From: Planctomycetota bacterium
GTDB lineage: Bacteria > Planctomycetota > UBA1135 > UBA2386
Length of the DNA: 64,000 nucleotides
Direction: 5' to 3'
Assembly: GCA_947501605.1 (NCBI GenBank)
Contig: CANMWZ010000004.1
Span: 1 to 64,000, forward strand
Positions within the stretch are counted from its first letter, which is position 1. Each line of letters opens with the position of its first letter. Positions 48,337 through 58,759 of this stretch are shown in pieces. A program made the position numbers and the translations under genes. The notes beneath the pieces are model-generated. The model was not told where the DNA came from, made no database searches, and worked only from the letters and a program-made list of their open reading frames with translations.

Positions 48337-49455
48337 TCAGCTGGCAGTAGTGTTCGACGCGGAATCATCATCCGGCGGAGGCGCCGATGCCGGTGGAGCG
48401 GTTCCGAGATCTGAGGCCGCCGCATTCGGGGCCTCGTCGTTGGGGGGCGGGGCAGCATCCGCTGGCGCGGCGCCGTCACCGGACTTCCCGGCAGCGGCTT
48501 GGTCTTCGGCCTCGACACTGCGGGCCAGTTCAGCCTGCGTCATGATGTCGATATCCCATCCGGTCAGCTTGCTGGCCAATCGGACGTTTTGGCCCTTGCG
48601 GCCGATGGCCAGCGACTGCTGGTCCTCGTTGACCAGTACCAGCGCCTTGCGCGATGCCGGGTCGAGTTCGATGTGTGCGACTTCGGCAGGCTTGAGCGCG
48701 TTGGCGATCAGGGCTTGCGGGTCGTCGTTCCAGCGAATGATGTCGATGCGTTCGCCGTTCAACTCGTCGATGATCGACTTGATGCGGGTGCCGCGCACGC
48801 CGACGCAGGCGCCGACGCAGTCGACCTTGCTGTCGGTGCTGTCGACCGCGAGCTTAGTGCGGTAGCCCGGCTCGCGTTCGATGCGCCGGATCTGGATCGT
48901 GCCATCGCTGATTTCGGGGACTTCGAGTTCGAACAGGGCGCGGACCAGATCGCGGTGGGCGCGGCTCAGGATGACCTTTACGCGCGGGCCGACCTTCTTG
49001 ACCTCGAGAATCATCGCGCGAATGCGCTCGCCGACGTTGTACGACTCGCTGCGGACCTTTTCGGCGCGAGGCAGGATGCCTTCGATGTTGCGGCCGAGGT
49101 TGACGATCACGGTGTCGCCCTCAAAACGCTGGATCGTGCCGCCCTGGATCTCGCCGAGTTTTTGTTCGAACTCGTTGTAGATCACGTCGCGTTCGGCTTC
49201 GCGGACGCGGGTCATGATCGCTTGCTTGACCGACATCGCGAAGATTCGGCCCTGCTCCTCCATCGAGACGTCGTAGTTGCAGTCGATATCGCCCGAATCG
49301 CGGTTGAGTGCGAGTTCCACGTCGTCGACGCCGTACTTGCGCGCCAGGGCCTGAGCCATCGCCTGCTCGATTCCCTGGATCAAGGATTCTTTGTCGATCT
49401 CCTTGTCGCGGGCGATCGAATCGATGTAGCGGAGGATGTCGGCTGAGTTCGCCAT
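48337..49455 (-). CDS. nusA: Transcription termination/antitermination factor NusA
   Basis: REAERD, LSRAH, LFELEVPEI, REPGYRTK, GACVGVRGTRI, SLAIGRKGQNVRLASKLTGWDIDI. Confidence 0.97.
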   Translation of the reverse strand: MANSADILRYIDSIARDKEIDKESLIQGIEQAMAQALARKYGVDDVELALNRDSGDIDCNYDVSMEEQGRIFAMSVKQAIMTRVREAERDVIYNEFEQKLGEIQGGTIQRFEGDTVIVNLGRNIEGILPRAEKVRSESYNVGERIRAMILEVKKVGPRVKVILSRAHRDLVRALFELEVPEISDGTIQIRRIEREPGYRTKLAVDSTDSKVDCVGACVGVRGTRIKSIIDELNGERIDIIRWNDDPQALIANALKPAEVAHIELDPASRKALVLVNEDQQSLAIGRKGQNVRLASKLTGWDIDIMTQAELARSVEAEDQAAAGKSGDGAAPADAAPPPNDEAPNAAASDLGTAPPASAPPPDDDSASNTTAS

Positions 49456-49727
49456 CGCCTGGGTGGATCTGGGTTGGTGGGCTCGGGACCGGGACCCAAG
49501 GCTCGAACAGGCGGCAGAGTGCCCGCCCCGCGACTCACATGGTAAGTCTGGGGTCGCGGTCCGAGGGGATCCTGGGGCAGCTGCCGACTGTCCGGGCCAA
49601 AGGCTCGGCAAGTCAGGGCGAGGATGCTAGGTGCCAACACGGCGCGTGGCAAGGACGCAGTCCGCCGAGGATCGCGCAGTCGGTCCTTGTGCCCAGGGCC
49701 AGGAGCGGTACTCGATGTCACCTCGCG

Positions 49728-50201
49728 ATGTCGATTCCTGTGCTCTCGCTGCGTCCGTTCACGGTGGCCGATGCCCCGGTCGTGGGCGCATGGCTCGACG
49801 GTCCTGGGGTCTCGTTGCCGCCTTCCGGCATGGCGGCCAAGTGGGCGGCTCGACTGGTCGGCGACCCGCGCGTCCGCGCCTGGGTCCTATTGGCCGACGC
49901 CCGCCCAGCCGCATTCGTGCGCCTGGATATTGGTCCGGACCGCGTCGCTGAACTGACCATCGCTGTGGCCGTGGGGCACCGGCGCCGAGGACTTGGTGCC
50001 GCGGCGCTCGAAATGGTGCTTGCTCAGGCAAAGGCACTGCGGGTGCGCCGGGTCCAAGCCATCGTCGATGCGGCAAACCAGGCGGCACAGGCGTTCTTCA
50101 CCAAGGCAGGCTTTGAAGAGGGTTCGGCGGACAGTGGCTCCACAACCTTCTTGCGGTGGATTCACGAGGCCGATGTTCGCGTGCTCGAACTCGAGAGCTG
50201 A
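49728..50201 (+). CDS. GNAT-family N-acetyltransferase
   Basis: LRPFT..D, RRRGLG acetyl-CoA motif, N.AAQAFF.KAGF. Confidence 0.8.
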   Translation: MSIPVLSLRPFTVADAPVVGAWLDGPGVSLPPSGMAAKWAARLVGDPRVRAWVLLADARPAAFVRLDIGPDRVAELTIAVAVGHRRRGLGAAALEMVLAQAKALRVRRVQAIVDAANQAAQAFFTKAGFEEGSADSGSTTFLRWIHEADVRVLELES

Positions 50202-50213
50202 GAGCGGGGAGCG

Positions 50214-51446
50214 ATGCAGCGCCGCGACCGAATCCCTCACCCCCAGCAGCCCCGCCCGGCCCCGATCCCGGACGGCTCCGTCGTGCAGCTCAATGCGCGC
50301 GCTACCTCGCTGTGGCGCCGTGGTCAGGCTTGGTACTACGCCGACGATCTCGTCGGACCCGTAGCAGGTGCCGCACTCGTCCGTGTCTACGATTTCGAAG
50401 GGCGGGCCTGCGGGCTCGGGTTCACTTCGGTCACCAGCAAGCTGGCGCTGCGCGCCTGCGGCACCTGGAGAGAAGGGCCGCTGCCAGACCGCATCGAGTT
50501 CTTTGCCGCTCGACTGCTGGCGGCGATCGAGCGCCGGGCCGGACAACTAGGCCCCGAAGACGGCGCCCGACTGGTGCACGGCGAAGCGGACGATCTCCCG
50601 GGCCTGGTCATCGATCGCTATGGACCGGTGCTGGTGTTGCAGACGACGGCGCCGTTCGTGGAGGCCAGCCTCGACGCGATTGTGCCGCTCTTGGTCGACA
50701 GGCTTGGTGCCGAAGCCGTGGTCGCGCGCAACGACGTGGCGGTGCGAAAGCTCGAGGGGTTGCCGCAAGAAGTTCGATTGCTGCACGGCAAGCGCATCGA
50801 GCAAGTCGTGATCGTCGAGGACGGGCTGCGGCACTTGGTCGAGCCGTTCACGGGACACAAGACCGGCTTCTATCTCGATCAGCGCCCGGCGCGGGCCTTG
50901 GTGCGTGAACTCGCCAAGGGCAAGAGGGTGCTCGACCTGTTCAGTTATCAGGGCGGCTTCTCGCTCTCGGCCCTCAAGGGCGGCGCGCAGTCGGCGTTGG
51001 CGATCGACCAGTCGGAACGCGCGCTCCAACTTGCCCAGCAGGGTGCGGAGCAGAACGGCCTCACCGGCTTGCAGACGGAACGCGCCAATGTGTTCGATTT
51101 CTTGCGCGGGCTCCGCGAAGGCGATCGCCAGTTCGACTTGATCGTGTTGGACCCGCCGGCGTTCGCCAAGAGCAAGCGCGAACTCGGCGGCGCGCTGCGC
51201 GGGTATCGCGATCTCAATCGACAGGCGCTGCGGTTGTTGGCTCCATACGGGTGGCTCGTGACGTGTTCGTGCAGCCACCATATGTCGCTGCCCGCCTTCG
51301 AAGACACGGCGAGGCAGTCCGCCGCAGGCTTGCCGTTCAAGGTGGCACTGCACCAGCGCCTCGGTGCGGGCTCGGATCACCCCGTGTGGCTGTCGATGCC
51401 GGAATCCGAGTACTTGAAGACCTTGCTGTTGCGGCGCATGGACTGA
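50214..51446 (+). CDS. RlmI/RlmK-family rRNA SAM methyltransferase
   Basis: HGEADDLPGL.IDRYG, GHKTGFYLDQR, VLDLFSYQGGF, LDPPAFAK, TCSCS, DHP, EYLK. Confidence 0.9.
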   Translation: MQRRDRIPHPQQPRPAPIPDGSVVQLNARATSLWRRGQAWYYADDLVGPVAGAALVRVYDFEGRACGLGFTSVTSKLALRACGTWREGPLPDRIEFFAARLLAAIERRAGQLGPEDGARLVHGEADDLPGLVIDRYGPVLVLQTTAPFVEASLDAIVPLLVDRLGAEAVVARNDVAVRKLEGLPQEVRLLHGKRIEQVVIVEDGLRHLVEPFTGHKTGFYLDQRPARALVRELAKGKRVLDLFSYQGGFSLSALKGGAQSALAIDQSERALQLAQQGAEQNGLTGLQTERANVFDFLRGLREGDRQFDLIVLDPPAFAKSKRELGGALRGYRDLNRQALRLLAPYGWLVTCSCSHHMSLPAFEDTARQSAAGLPFKVALHQRLGAGSDHPVWLSMPESEYLKTLLLRRMD

Positions 51447-51459
51447 CCAAGCTCTTGCA

Positions 51460-51675
51460 ATGGCAGAACTCGAACTGAACGTCACAGTCAATGGCGAGCC
51501 ACGAACGCTGTCGTCGCCCGCGACGATTCGTGACCTCGTCCTGATGCTCGGATTTCGTCCCGAGCAGGTTGCCGTCGAACGCAACAAGCAACTAGTGCGT
51601 CGCCAGGAACATGCCACCACGCAACTCGCAGACGGCGATCACATCGAAGTCGTGACGTTTTTTGGCGGCGGCTGA
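51460..51675 (+). CDS. thiS: Sulfur carrier protein ThiS
   Basis: VNGE, VAVERN, GD.IEVVTF.GGG C-terminus. Confidence 0.93.
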   Translation: MAELELNVTVNGEPRTLSSPATIRDLVLMLGFRPEQVAVERNKQLVRRQEHATTQLADGDHIEVVTFFGGG

Positions 51676-51840
51676 TCGCAAGCACTCCGAATTGCTGCTC
51701 GGCGTCATGTCCGCGGCGGGCGAGCTGCGGGTCTCCCAATGGGACCAAAGCGTGCTAGGGTCTTGATGGACTCGCAGCCTCAAAAGGGCTGTTCATGCTC
51801 GCCTCACGGCTGTCGCAGCCGGTTATTCGGAGACTCTTCC

Positions 51841-53217
51841 ATGCTGCTTCGATCCATGTCGTTGCGCCGATCCTTCGGGCGCACGTTCCGTTCTATTGCG
51901 AAGGCAGTGCCTTCGACCATTGCTGCGACTGCGTTGGCATTGTCTGGGCTGGCTCAGGCTCAGGCGCCCTCGTACGGCCCCCCTATGCCACCCAATGGGT
52001 TTCCGTCGCACTACTCGGATGGTCAGGGCCAGTCCTTGTCGCTGTGCCTCGCCAATCCCGCGATGTGTCTCTTGGACACACCCGTCGCCGATCCGACCCC
52101 AGGGGTTGCCTTCCCGGCGAACTATCGCGGCACGTTCCCCGACGAGTGCTTCTACTGGGTGGGCGAAACGTCGATGCCGACGGCCCGCGGCGGCCAGGCG
52201 CTGCTCGTGATGGCGCTCGAAGCCTCGTTCAGTACGGGCATCGTGTTGCCAGGGGATCAGACAACGTTCGCTCGCATGCGCCTGCGCATCGACAACCTTG
52301 TCGCGGGCGAGACCTATCACATCACGCACCCGTATGGACAGATCGACCTCGTCGCGACGGGTTCGGGCAATCGTGCGATCAACTACACCGATGACCTCGG
52401 TCTCGTGCCTGGCAACTTCGACCTCGCACTCGGAGGCAACATCTTCCCGTTCTTGCGATGGGATTCGGGCCTGCCGCTGCTCGATGCTCAGGGTCGAGAG
52501 TACATCGGTGACCCAAACATCGCGCACACGGTTACGGGCAGCCCGACGGGCAACAACTACTTCCGCGTCGAAGGCCTGAACGTTGGCGGCGTCGGCGTGA
52601 ACTTGATCCAGACGAACTTCTTCCACGTGCTCGGCATGGTGCAGCCGCCGGCGCCGCAGCCCGCCTTCACGGCGTCGGTCGCGCGCGGTGTGGCGCCGCT
52701 GGTCGTCGGGTTCCAGAGCCAGTCGACGGGCTCGATCACGAGCCACCAGTGGAACTTCGGCAACGGGCAGACCTCGAACCTAGTCAGCCCTACCTGTAGC
52801 TACACGACCCCGGGTCTCTACACCGTCAGCCTTACGGTCACGGGCCCCGGTGGTACGCGGACACACACCGTGCCCGACATGATCCAGGTTGATGTTCCGC
52901 CGCCGCTGATGACGCTGCTCCGCTCGGACGGCTCGGGCCAGCGCGCCCGCTTTCGCGTGACCGGCGCGAGCCCTGGCTGCAAGGCGGTCCTGGTCGGCGC
53001 CAGCGGTCTCGGAACGGCTCGCTTCCGCGCCGGCAGCGTGGACTTCGTGACCGGCCTGTCGCGACCGACGGAGGAGCGTGCCCGAGTATCGACTTCGGCC
53101 GGTGGTCTCGAACTCGAGGTGCGCCTGCCCATGTCGCCACCGGGAGCGCGGCGCTCCTACCAGATGCTCGATCCGGTGAGCGGTCTCGTCAGCAACGTCG
53201 TCACCGTCACCTTCTGA
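51841..53217 (+). CDS. Secreted protein: uncharacterised N-terminal domain + PKD domain + C-terminal beta domain
   Basis: Signal peptide ending AQA-Q; PKD motif F.....G.APL.V.F...STG.I....WNFGNG......P...Y..PG.YTVSLTV; GGAGA RBS upstream. Confidence 0.78.
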   Translation: MLLRSMSLRRSFGRTFRSIAKAVPSTIAATALALSGLAQAQAPSYGPPMPPNGFPSHYSDGQGQSLSLCLANPAMCLLDTPVADPTPGVAFPANYRGTFPDECFYWVGETSMPTARGGQALLVMALEASFSTGIVLPGDQTTFARMRLRIDNLVAGETYHITHPYGQIDLVATGSGNRAINYTDDLGLVPGNFDLALGGNIFPFLRWDSGLPLLDAQGREYIGDPNIAHTVTGSPTGNNYFRVEGLNVGGVGVNLIQTNFFHVLGMVQPPAPQPAFTASVARGVAPLVVGFQSQSTGSITSHQWNFGNGQTSNLVSPTCSYTTPGLYTVSLTVTGPGGTRTHTVPDMIQVDVPPPLMTLLRSDGSGQRARFRVTGASPGCKAVLVGASGLGTARFRAGSVDFVTGLSRPTEERARVSTSAGGLELEVRLPMSPPGARRSYQMLDPVSGLVSNVVTVTF

Positions 53218-53228
53218 GTGACTCGGGG

Positions 53229-53261
53229 AGCGGGTGTCGGACTCTTGTTCTGGCACCCGCT
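53229..53261 (+). terminator. Hairpin between PKD gene and thiG
   Basis: AGCGGGTGTCGGA-7 nt-TCTGGCACCCGCT, 13 bp with 2 G-U; no U-tract. Confidence 0.4.
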
Positions 53262-53279
53262 GGAGCCCACGATCGTCGC

Positions 53280-54071
53280 GTGGCTCCGCTCGTCGACTCG
53301 CCGCTGGTCCTAGGCCAGCACTCCTTCACCTCGCGACTGTTTCTGGGCACCGGCAAGTACCGGGACCTGGAGACCATGGCCGAGGCCCTCGCGGTATCGG
53401 GCACGCAATGTGTGACGGTTGCAGTGCGCCGTCTCCAACTCGGCGTCCCGCAAGGCAAGTCGCTGCTCGATTACTTGCCGCGCGATCGCTACGTGCTGCT
53501 GCCCAACACGGCCGGTTGCTTTGACGCCGACCACGCAGTGCGAACAGCCCTGCTCGGTCGCGAACTCGGCATCGGCAGTCTGGTGAAGCTCGAGGTGCTC
53601 GGCGATCCAGAGACGCTGCTGCCCGATCCGATCGGCACGCTGGAGGCGGCCAAGATCCTCGTCAAGGACGGGTTCACGGTGCTGTGCTACACCAGTGATG
53701 ACCCCGTGTTGGCTCGCCGGCTCGAAGACGCGGGCGTGGCGGCCGTGATGCCGGCGGGTGCGCCGATCGGCAGCGGCCAGGGCATCCTCAACCCGAACAA
53801 CATCCGCATCATCCTCGAACGCGCGAAGGTGCCGGTGATCGTCGATGCCGGTGTCGGCACCGCCAGCGATGTCGCCGTTGCGTTCGAGCTCGGCGCGCAC
53901 GGCGTGTTGCTCAACACCGGCGTCGCGAGCGCGAAGGAGCCCGTGCGCATGGCGCGCGCGATGAAGGCCGCGGCCGAAGCGGGACGCGACGCGTTCCTCG
54001 CCGGGCGCATTCCGAAGAAGCTCTATGCCACTGCGTCGTCGCCGACGTCGGGCGTCATCGCCGGCGAATGA
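53280..54071 (+). CDS. thiG: Thiazole synthase
   Basis: [52 protein letters not shown]. Confidence 0.96.
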   Translation: MAPLVDSPLVLGQHSFTSRLFLGTGKYRDLETMAEALAVSGTQCVTVAVRRLQLGVPQGKSLLDYLPRDRYVLLPNTAGCFDADHAVRTALLGRELGIGSLVKLEVLGDPETLLPDPIGTLEAAKILVKDGFTVLCYTSDDPVLARRLEDAGVAAVMPAGAPIGSGQGILNPNNIRIILERAKVPVIVDAGVGTASDVAVAFELGAHGVLLNTGVASAKEPVRMARAMKAAAEAGRDAFLAGRIPKKLYATASSPTSGVIAGE

Positions 54072-54781
54072 GCGAGCAGCAGGCTCGCGCATCGGCGCTC
54101 GGCGCGACCGCTCGCATGTTCTGCGCGGCTTTCGTGCTCGTGTTCGCGCCCGCACTCGCACTGCAGTCGTGGGCGCGCCTCGTCGGTGCCGACGCCGAGG
54201 CGATCGCGACGGACGTGTCCGTCCGGATGGGCGCGATGTCGTTCGCTGCGATCGCGCTGCTGTTGCTGACGCGCGCGATGTCGCCGGGGCCCACGCTACT
54301 GCCCCTGCGGCCGAGCCCTGTCGTGTTGCGCTTCGTGCCGTTCTATCTCGCCTGGGCCGTGTTCGCGGTCGGGTGCATCGCGCTGCTGCACGCCGTCGGT
54401 GCATCGGCGGAGCCGCAGGAACAGCTCGTCTACCTGCAGCAGCACGGCATCGGCGAACTCCGCGGCGTGGTGGTCGCGCTCGGCGTCGTCGTCTTCGGTC
54501 CGCTCGCCGAAGAGATCTTCTTCCGCGGCTACCTGCAGGAACTCTGCGTCGCATGCGTCGGTGAACGCGCCGGGATCCTCGCCTGCGCCGCGCTGTTCGG
54601 CGTCGTGCATGGCGCGGCCTATGCGTTGCCGATCGCGGTGTTCGGCTGGTTCCTCGGCGATCTACGCCGTCGTCACGGATCGCTGCTCGCGCCGTGGCTC
54701 GCGCACGCGATGTTCAACGCAGTCAGCGTGTTCCTCGTCCTCTACTGGCCTGACTTCCTCGACTGGATGTATCCCCGATGA
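54068..54781 (+). CDS. CPBP (CAAX-type) intramembrane metalloprotease
   Basis: PLAEE.FFRG, FG..H, H...N motifs; multi-TM. Confidence 0.88.
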   Translation: MSEQQARASALGATARMFCAAFVLVFAPALALQSWARLVGADAEAIATDVSVRMGAMSFAAIALLLLTRAMSPGPTLLPLRPSPVVLRFVPFYLAWAVFAVGCIALLHAVGASAEPQEQLVYLQQHGIGELRGVVVALGVVVFGPLAEEIFFRGYLQELCVACVGERAGILACAALFGVVHGAAYALPIAVFGWFLGDLRRRHGSLLAPWLAHAMFNAVSVFLVLYWPDFLDWMYPR

Positions 54782-55302
54782 CCCCCGAGCCCCGCGAGTT
54801 TCGTGTCTATCCCGACATGGTTGGCCGCATGAAGCGCCGCGGCGATGCGATGGTCGCTGACAACGCGACCGTCGTCGGCGACGTGCGCCTGGGCCAGGAC
54901 GTCGGCATCTGGTTCGGCGTGACGATCCGCGGCGACGATGCGTCGATCACGATCGGCGACGAGTGCAACGTGCAGGACAACAGCTGCATCCACGTCGACG
55001 TGGATGCGCCGCTGGTCATGGGCCGCGGTGTAACCGTCGGCCACGGAGTCATCCTGCACGGCGTGGAGATCGGCGACTATGCCCTCATTGGGATGGGCGC
55101 CATCGTGCTCGGCGGTGCCAGGATCGGCGAGTACTCGATTCTCGGTGCCGGGGCGCTGATCAAGGAGAACGCGGTTATTCCACCCCGCTCACTCGTCGTC
55201 GGCCTTCCTGGAAGAATCGTCCGTCAGGTCACCGACGAGGAAATGGCGCACCAACGTTGGCGTGCCGCGCACTACGTCGAGCGCGCTCGAACCTATCTTT
55301 GA
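54778..55302 (+). CDS. Gamma-carbonic-anhydrase/YrdA-family hexapeptide protein
   Basis: IRGD, NVQDNSCIH, TVGHGVILHG, IGMGA. Confidence 0.9.
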   Translation: MTPEPREFRVYPDMVGRMKRRGDAMVADNATVVGDVRLGQDVGIWFGVTIRGDDASITIGDECNVQDNSCIHVDVDAPLVMGRGVTVGHGVILHGVEIGDYALIGMGAIVLGGARIGEYSILGAGALIKENAVIPPRSLVVGLPGRIVRQVTDEEMAHQRWRAAHYVERARTYL

Positions 55303-55450
55303 ACCGCAGACCAGGAAACGGCAGGATAGCCCGCTTGCACGCTTCTGCCGCACGATTGCGCCGATCGTCCCGGCCGCAGACTTGAATCGAACGGCCTCCT
55401 CCTTGTATCGATGGTAGTGTTCTCCATCTCACCTGGAGAGGACTCCGACT

Positions 55451-57664
55451 ATGAATTGCCTGCGCGCTGCGTCCTGTATCATTCTTGCGATGGCAGCGGC
55501 CTGTGCCCGCCATGACAATGCCACTTCTCCGGTAGTCTCGGTTGGCTCGAACCCCCGCTTCGAGACCCGGACCGAGATCGCGACCGGCGTGCTCTACCAC
55601 GCCGATGATGCCGTCGCCGACTTCAACAATGACGGCAACGTCGACCTCGCCGTCGGCGGCTTCGACGGCCAACTGCAGATCCTGCTCGGCCAAGGTCCGG
55701 TGTTCACGGCGGCGCAGTCACTGGCACTCGGTGGCGTCGTGATCTGGATCGACAAGTCCGACTTCGATAGCGACGGCGACATCGACCTCGTCGTCCTGCG
55801 GCGCGAAGCTCAGGAAGTGAACGTGCTGTTCAACAACGGCAGCGCTCAGTTCTCGCCGGGGCCGTCCTTTGCAATCGGTTCGGAGTCGCTGCAGGTCCTC
55901 GCTGCAGACGCCACGGACGACGGCGTAACCGACCTGCTCGTGTCGCGGCCGTACTCGCCGGAGATCCAGGTGTTGGTCGGTGACGGTCAAGGGGGCTTCA
56001 CGCCGGGCCAATCGATCACGCTGCCAGGTGGCGGCCAGTCGTTCACCATGGCCGTCGGTGACCCGACGCGCGACTCGGTCAATGACCTCGTGGTCGCCGA
56101 TCCGACTCTCAACCGCGTCCTGGTGTTCCCGGGGCTCGGCAACCAGCCGGCCTTCGATTCCAACGCGACGATCCTCGTGGTCCCGGGTGGCCCCGCCGCT
56201 TGCGCCGTCGGCGACCTCAGCAGCGACGGCTTCGACGACATCGTCGTCTCGGCCTACCTTGCCAACCGCTTCGTGGTCATCACTGGCTTCGTCCCGGCCA
56301 TCGGGGAGACGACCTACACGTCGACTTTCGTTCCGGCCGAAGGCCGCGCCTCGCTGACGACCATTGGCGACGTCACCGGTGACGGTCGCAACGACCTGAT
56401 CGCCTGCGTCATCGACCGCGCCAGCGTCTTGATCGCGCCGCAGATTGCCGGGGGTGCGCTCGGCGCGCCAATCCAGCTCGACTCGACCGGCCTCCCGCTG
56501 CGTCCGTCGGTGGTCGACATTGACCGCGACCTCAAGAACGACCTGATCGTCCTGTCCGGTCTCGGCGATCGCATCAACATGTGGCGCGCGGGTTCCACGA
56601 GTGGGCTGCTCGGCGCTCGCAGTTACGACAGCGGCCTGATCGAAGCCGCTCTGGCTGTCAGCGTCGACTTCGACGGCAATGGGCAGCCCGAGGTCGTGGT
56701 CGGCGATCCTCACGAAACGAGGTTGTCCATCCTGTCGAGCAGCTCGGACCTCACTCTGAGCGCCCCGACTTTCCTCGAAATGGGCGCCGACGTGCTGCAG
56801 ATCCGGGTCGTTGACCTCGATCGCGATGGCCGCATGGACCTGGTGGTTCCGTGCCGCTTCGGGGTCAAGCTCGTGCGCAACCGCTCGACGCTCGGCAACG
56901 TGCTCCTGGAGGTGATTCCTGGGGTCTCGTCCAGCTTCGGCGGCGGCGACCTCCCGCTTGGCGCGTCCGCGGTCGATCTCAATCGCGACGGCTTCCTCGA
57001 CCTTGTGGTTGCGGACTATGCCACCGGCGACCTGCGGGTCCTGCGCGGCAACAGCACGCCCTTCGACTATTCAGCCGCGCCGCAGTTGATTGCGCTGGGC
57101 GGCGGCCCGGTCGACGTTGTGGCGGCCGACTTCACTGGCGACGGCATCTCCGACCTGGCAGTCTCGCGCCGCTTGCTCTCGGACATCGTCCTGCTGCGCA
57201 ACGACGGCGCCGGCAACCTGACGCAGCTCATCAGCATCCCGGTTGGTGCGTCCCCGAACTTCCTGCTCACCGCCGACTTCAACACCGACAAGCGTGCAGA
57301 CCTCGTCGTTGCCAACGGTGACGACGACACGATCACGGTGCTGTTCGGCGGCATCCAGGGTTTCAGCAGCGCCAGCTACGCTGCGGGCAACTTCCCCAGC
57401 GCCCTGCTCGTGGAGGACCTGACAGGTGACGGACTCGTCGACATCCTGGTGGCGTCGCGCCTTGGCGAGGACTTCCGCGTGCTGGTGGGCAACGGTCAAG
57501 GCGGCTTCGGCAACGTCTTCCCCTTCCCCGGCACCCTTGGGGCTTCGTCGGTCACGATGAACGACCTGGATGGCGACGGCGACCGCGAATTGTTGATCTC
57601 CAGCGTCTGGAACAACCGAGTCTCGGTGGTCCGCAGCCTGCAGCAACAGCCCCAGCCGGAATGA
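55451..57664 (+). CDS. FG-GAP/VCBS-repeat beta-propeller lipoprotein
   Basis: About 13-14 DxxxDG..D repeats (DFNNDGNVD, DFDSDGDID, DLNRDGFLD etc.); lipobox AAAC. Confidence 0.88.
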   Translation: MNCLRAASCIILAMAAACARHDNATSPVVSVGSNPRFETRTEIATGVLYHADDAVADFNNDGNVDLAVGGFDGQLQILLGQGPVFTAAQSLALGGVVIWIDKSDFDSDGDIDLVVLRREAQEVNVLFNNGSAQFSPGPSFAIGSESLQVLAADATDDGVTDLLVSRPYSPEIQVLVGDGQGGFTPGQSITLPGGGQSFTMAVGDPTRDSVNDLVVADPTLNRVLVFPGLGNQPAFDSNATILVVPGGPAACAVGDLSSDGFDDIVVSAYLANRFVVITGFVPAIGETTYTSTFVPAEGRASLTTIGDVTGDGRNDLIACVIDRASVLIAPQIAGGALGAPIQLDSTGLPLRPSVVDIDRDLKNDLIVLSGLGDRINMWRAGSTSGLLGARSYDSGLIEAALAVSVDFDGNGQPEVVVGDPHETRLSILSSSSDLTLSAPTFLEMGADVLQIRVVDLDRDGRMDLVVPCRFGVKLVRNRSTLGNVLLEVIPGVSSSFGGGDLPLGASAVDLNRDGFLDLVVADYATGDLRVLRGNSTPFDYSAAPQLIALGGGPVDVVAADFTGDGISDLAVSRRLLSDIVLLRNDGAGNLTQLISIPVGASPNFLLTADFNTDKRADLVVANGDDDTITVLFGGIQGFSSASYAAGNFPSALLVEDLTGDGLVDILVASRLGEDFRVLVGNGQGGFGNVFPFPGTLGASSVTMNDLDGDGDRELLISSVWNNRVSVVRSLQQQPQPE

Positions 57665-57731
57665 TCCTCGCCACAGACGGGCGCGTGGCGGTGGCGCCGC
57701 GTGCCTTGCTGTGCGATGGTGCGCCCTGCCC

Positions 57732-58691
57732 ATGAAGACCTCCGCCGACTACCAGGGCGTGATCCTCGCTGCCGGCAAGGGAACGCGCATGCGTCCCTTC
57801 TCCGAGCACTGGCCCAAGCCGATCCTGCCGGTGCTCGGCAAACCGCTGATGGTGCATCAGCTCGACATGATGGCATCGCTCGGTGTGCGCGATGTCGTGA
57901 TCGTGATCGGGCACCTCGGGCACGAAGTCGTCCGGACGCTCGGTGACGGCAGCCGATTCGGCCTGCGCCTGCGTTACGTCGAGCAGGAGGAGACCCTCGG
58001 GATCGCCCACGCAGTCTCACGGCTCGAGCCGCACGTCGATCGGCCGTTCTTCTTGTTCCTGGGCGACATCTTCTTCGGCACCGAGAACTTCACGGCGATG
58101 GTGGAGCCGCTGGCGTCGGGGCGCGCGCAGGGCGTCCTCGCCTGCAAGCGCGAACCGGATCTTGCCAAGATTCGCCGCAACTTCGTGGTGCTGAATGGCC
58201 CGGACGGCCGGGTTCAACGCGTCATCGAGAAGCCCCGCCACCCGCGCACCGATCTGAAGGGCTGCGGTATCTACCTGTTCGACCTCGCCTTCTTCGACGC
58301 CGTGCGCCGCACGCCGCGAACGGCGATGCGCAACGAGTATGAGATCACCGACGCGATTCAGATCTTCATCGACGACGGCTACCGCGTGGAATCTGCCGAG
58401 GTCGTCCGCGAAGACATCAACGTCAGCTTCCCACCGGACTTGCTGGAGCTGAATCTGCGCATGCTCGATCGCCTCGGCCAGGCGAATTGGTTTGGTGCCA
58501 GTGTCGAAGTCGAGCCCGGTGCCCTGCTGGAGCGCACCGTGGTGATGGACGGGGCTTCCGTCGAAGCCGGCACGGCGCTGACCGAGTGCCTCTTGTTCCC
58601 TGGGGCCAAGGTGCTCAGCGGCAAGGTTGCGCACCGCACGATCTTCACGGCGGAGTCCGAGATCCGCTGCGGCGCGACCGACCTGTCGTAG
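57732..58691 (+). CDS. Sugar-1-phosphate nucleotidyltransferase (RmlA/GCD1-like)
   Basis: GVILAAGKGTRMRP....PKPILPV, LGIAHA, LGD, IEKP, EYEITDA; C-terminal hexapeptide. Confidence 0.88.
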   Translation: MKTSADYQGVILAAGKGTRMRPFSEHWPKPILPVLGKPLMVHQLDMMASLGVRDVVIVIGHLGHEVVRTLGDGSRFGLRLRYVEQEETLGIAHAVSRLEPHVDRPFFLFLGDIFFGTENFTAMVEPLASGRAQGVLACKREPDLAKIRRNFVVLNGPDGRVQRVIEKPRHPRTDLKGCGIYLFDLAFFDAVRRTPRTAMRNEYEITDAIQIFIDDGYRVESAEVVREDINVSFPPDLLELNLRMLDRLGQANWFGASVEVEPGALLERTVVMDGASVEAGTALTECLLFPGAKVLSGKVAHRTIFTAESEIRCGATDLS

Positions 58692-58759
58692 CGCTGGTGA
58701 CGTAGCGAAGGGTTGCAACCGCGACGAGGCGGCGCGACGTTCTCAGGCTGGAGGCGTCC

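Noticed and set aside
51676..51840. TPP riboswitch in the thiS-thiG region
   Set aside because: Lacks the CTGAGA and CCTGA...GCG.AGG conserved elements; kept only as an unassigned structured RNA candidate
58714..58741. ECF-sigma-like promoter (TGCAAC...CGTT) upstream of the amidohydrolase
   Set aside because: Plausible but too short to support without TSS data
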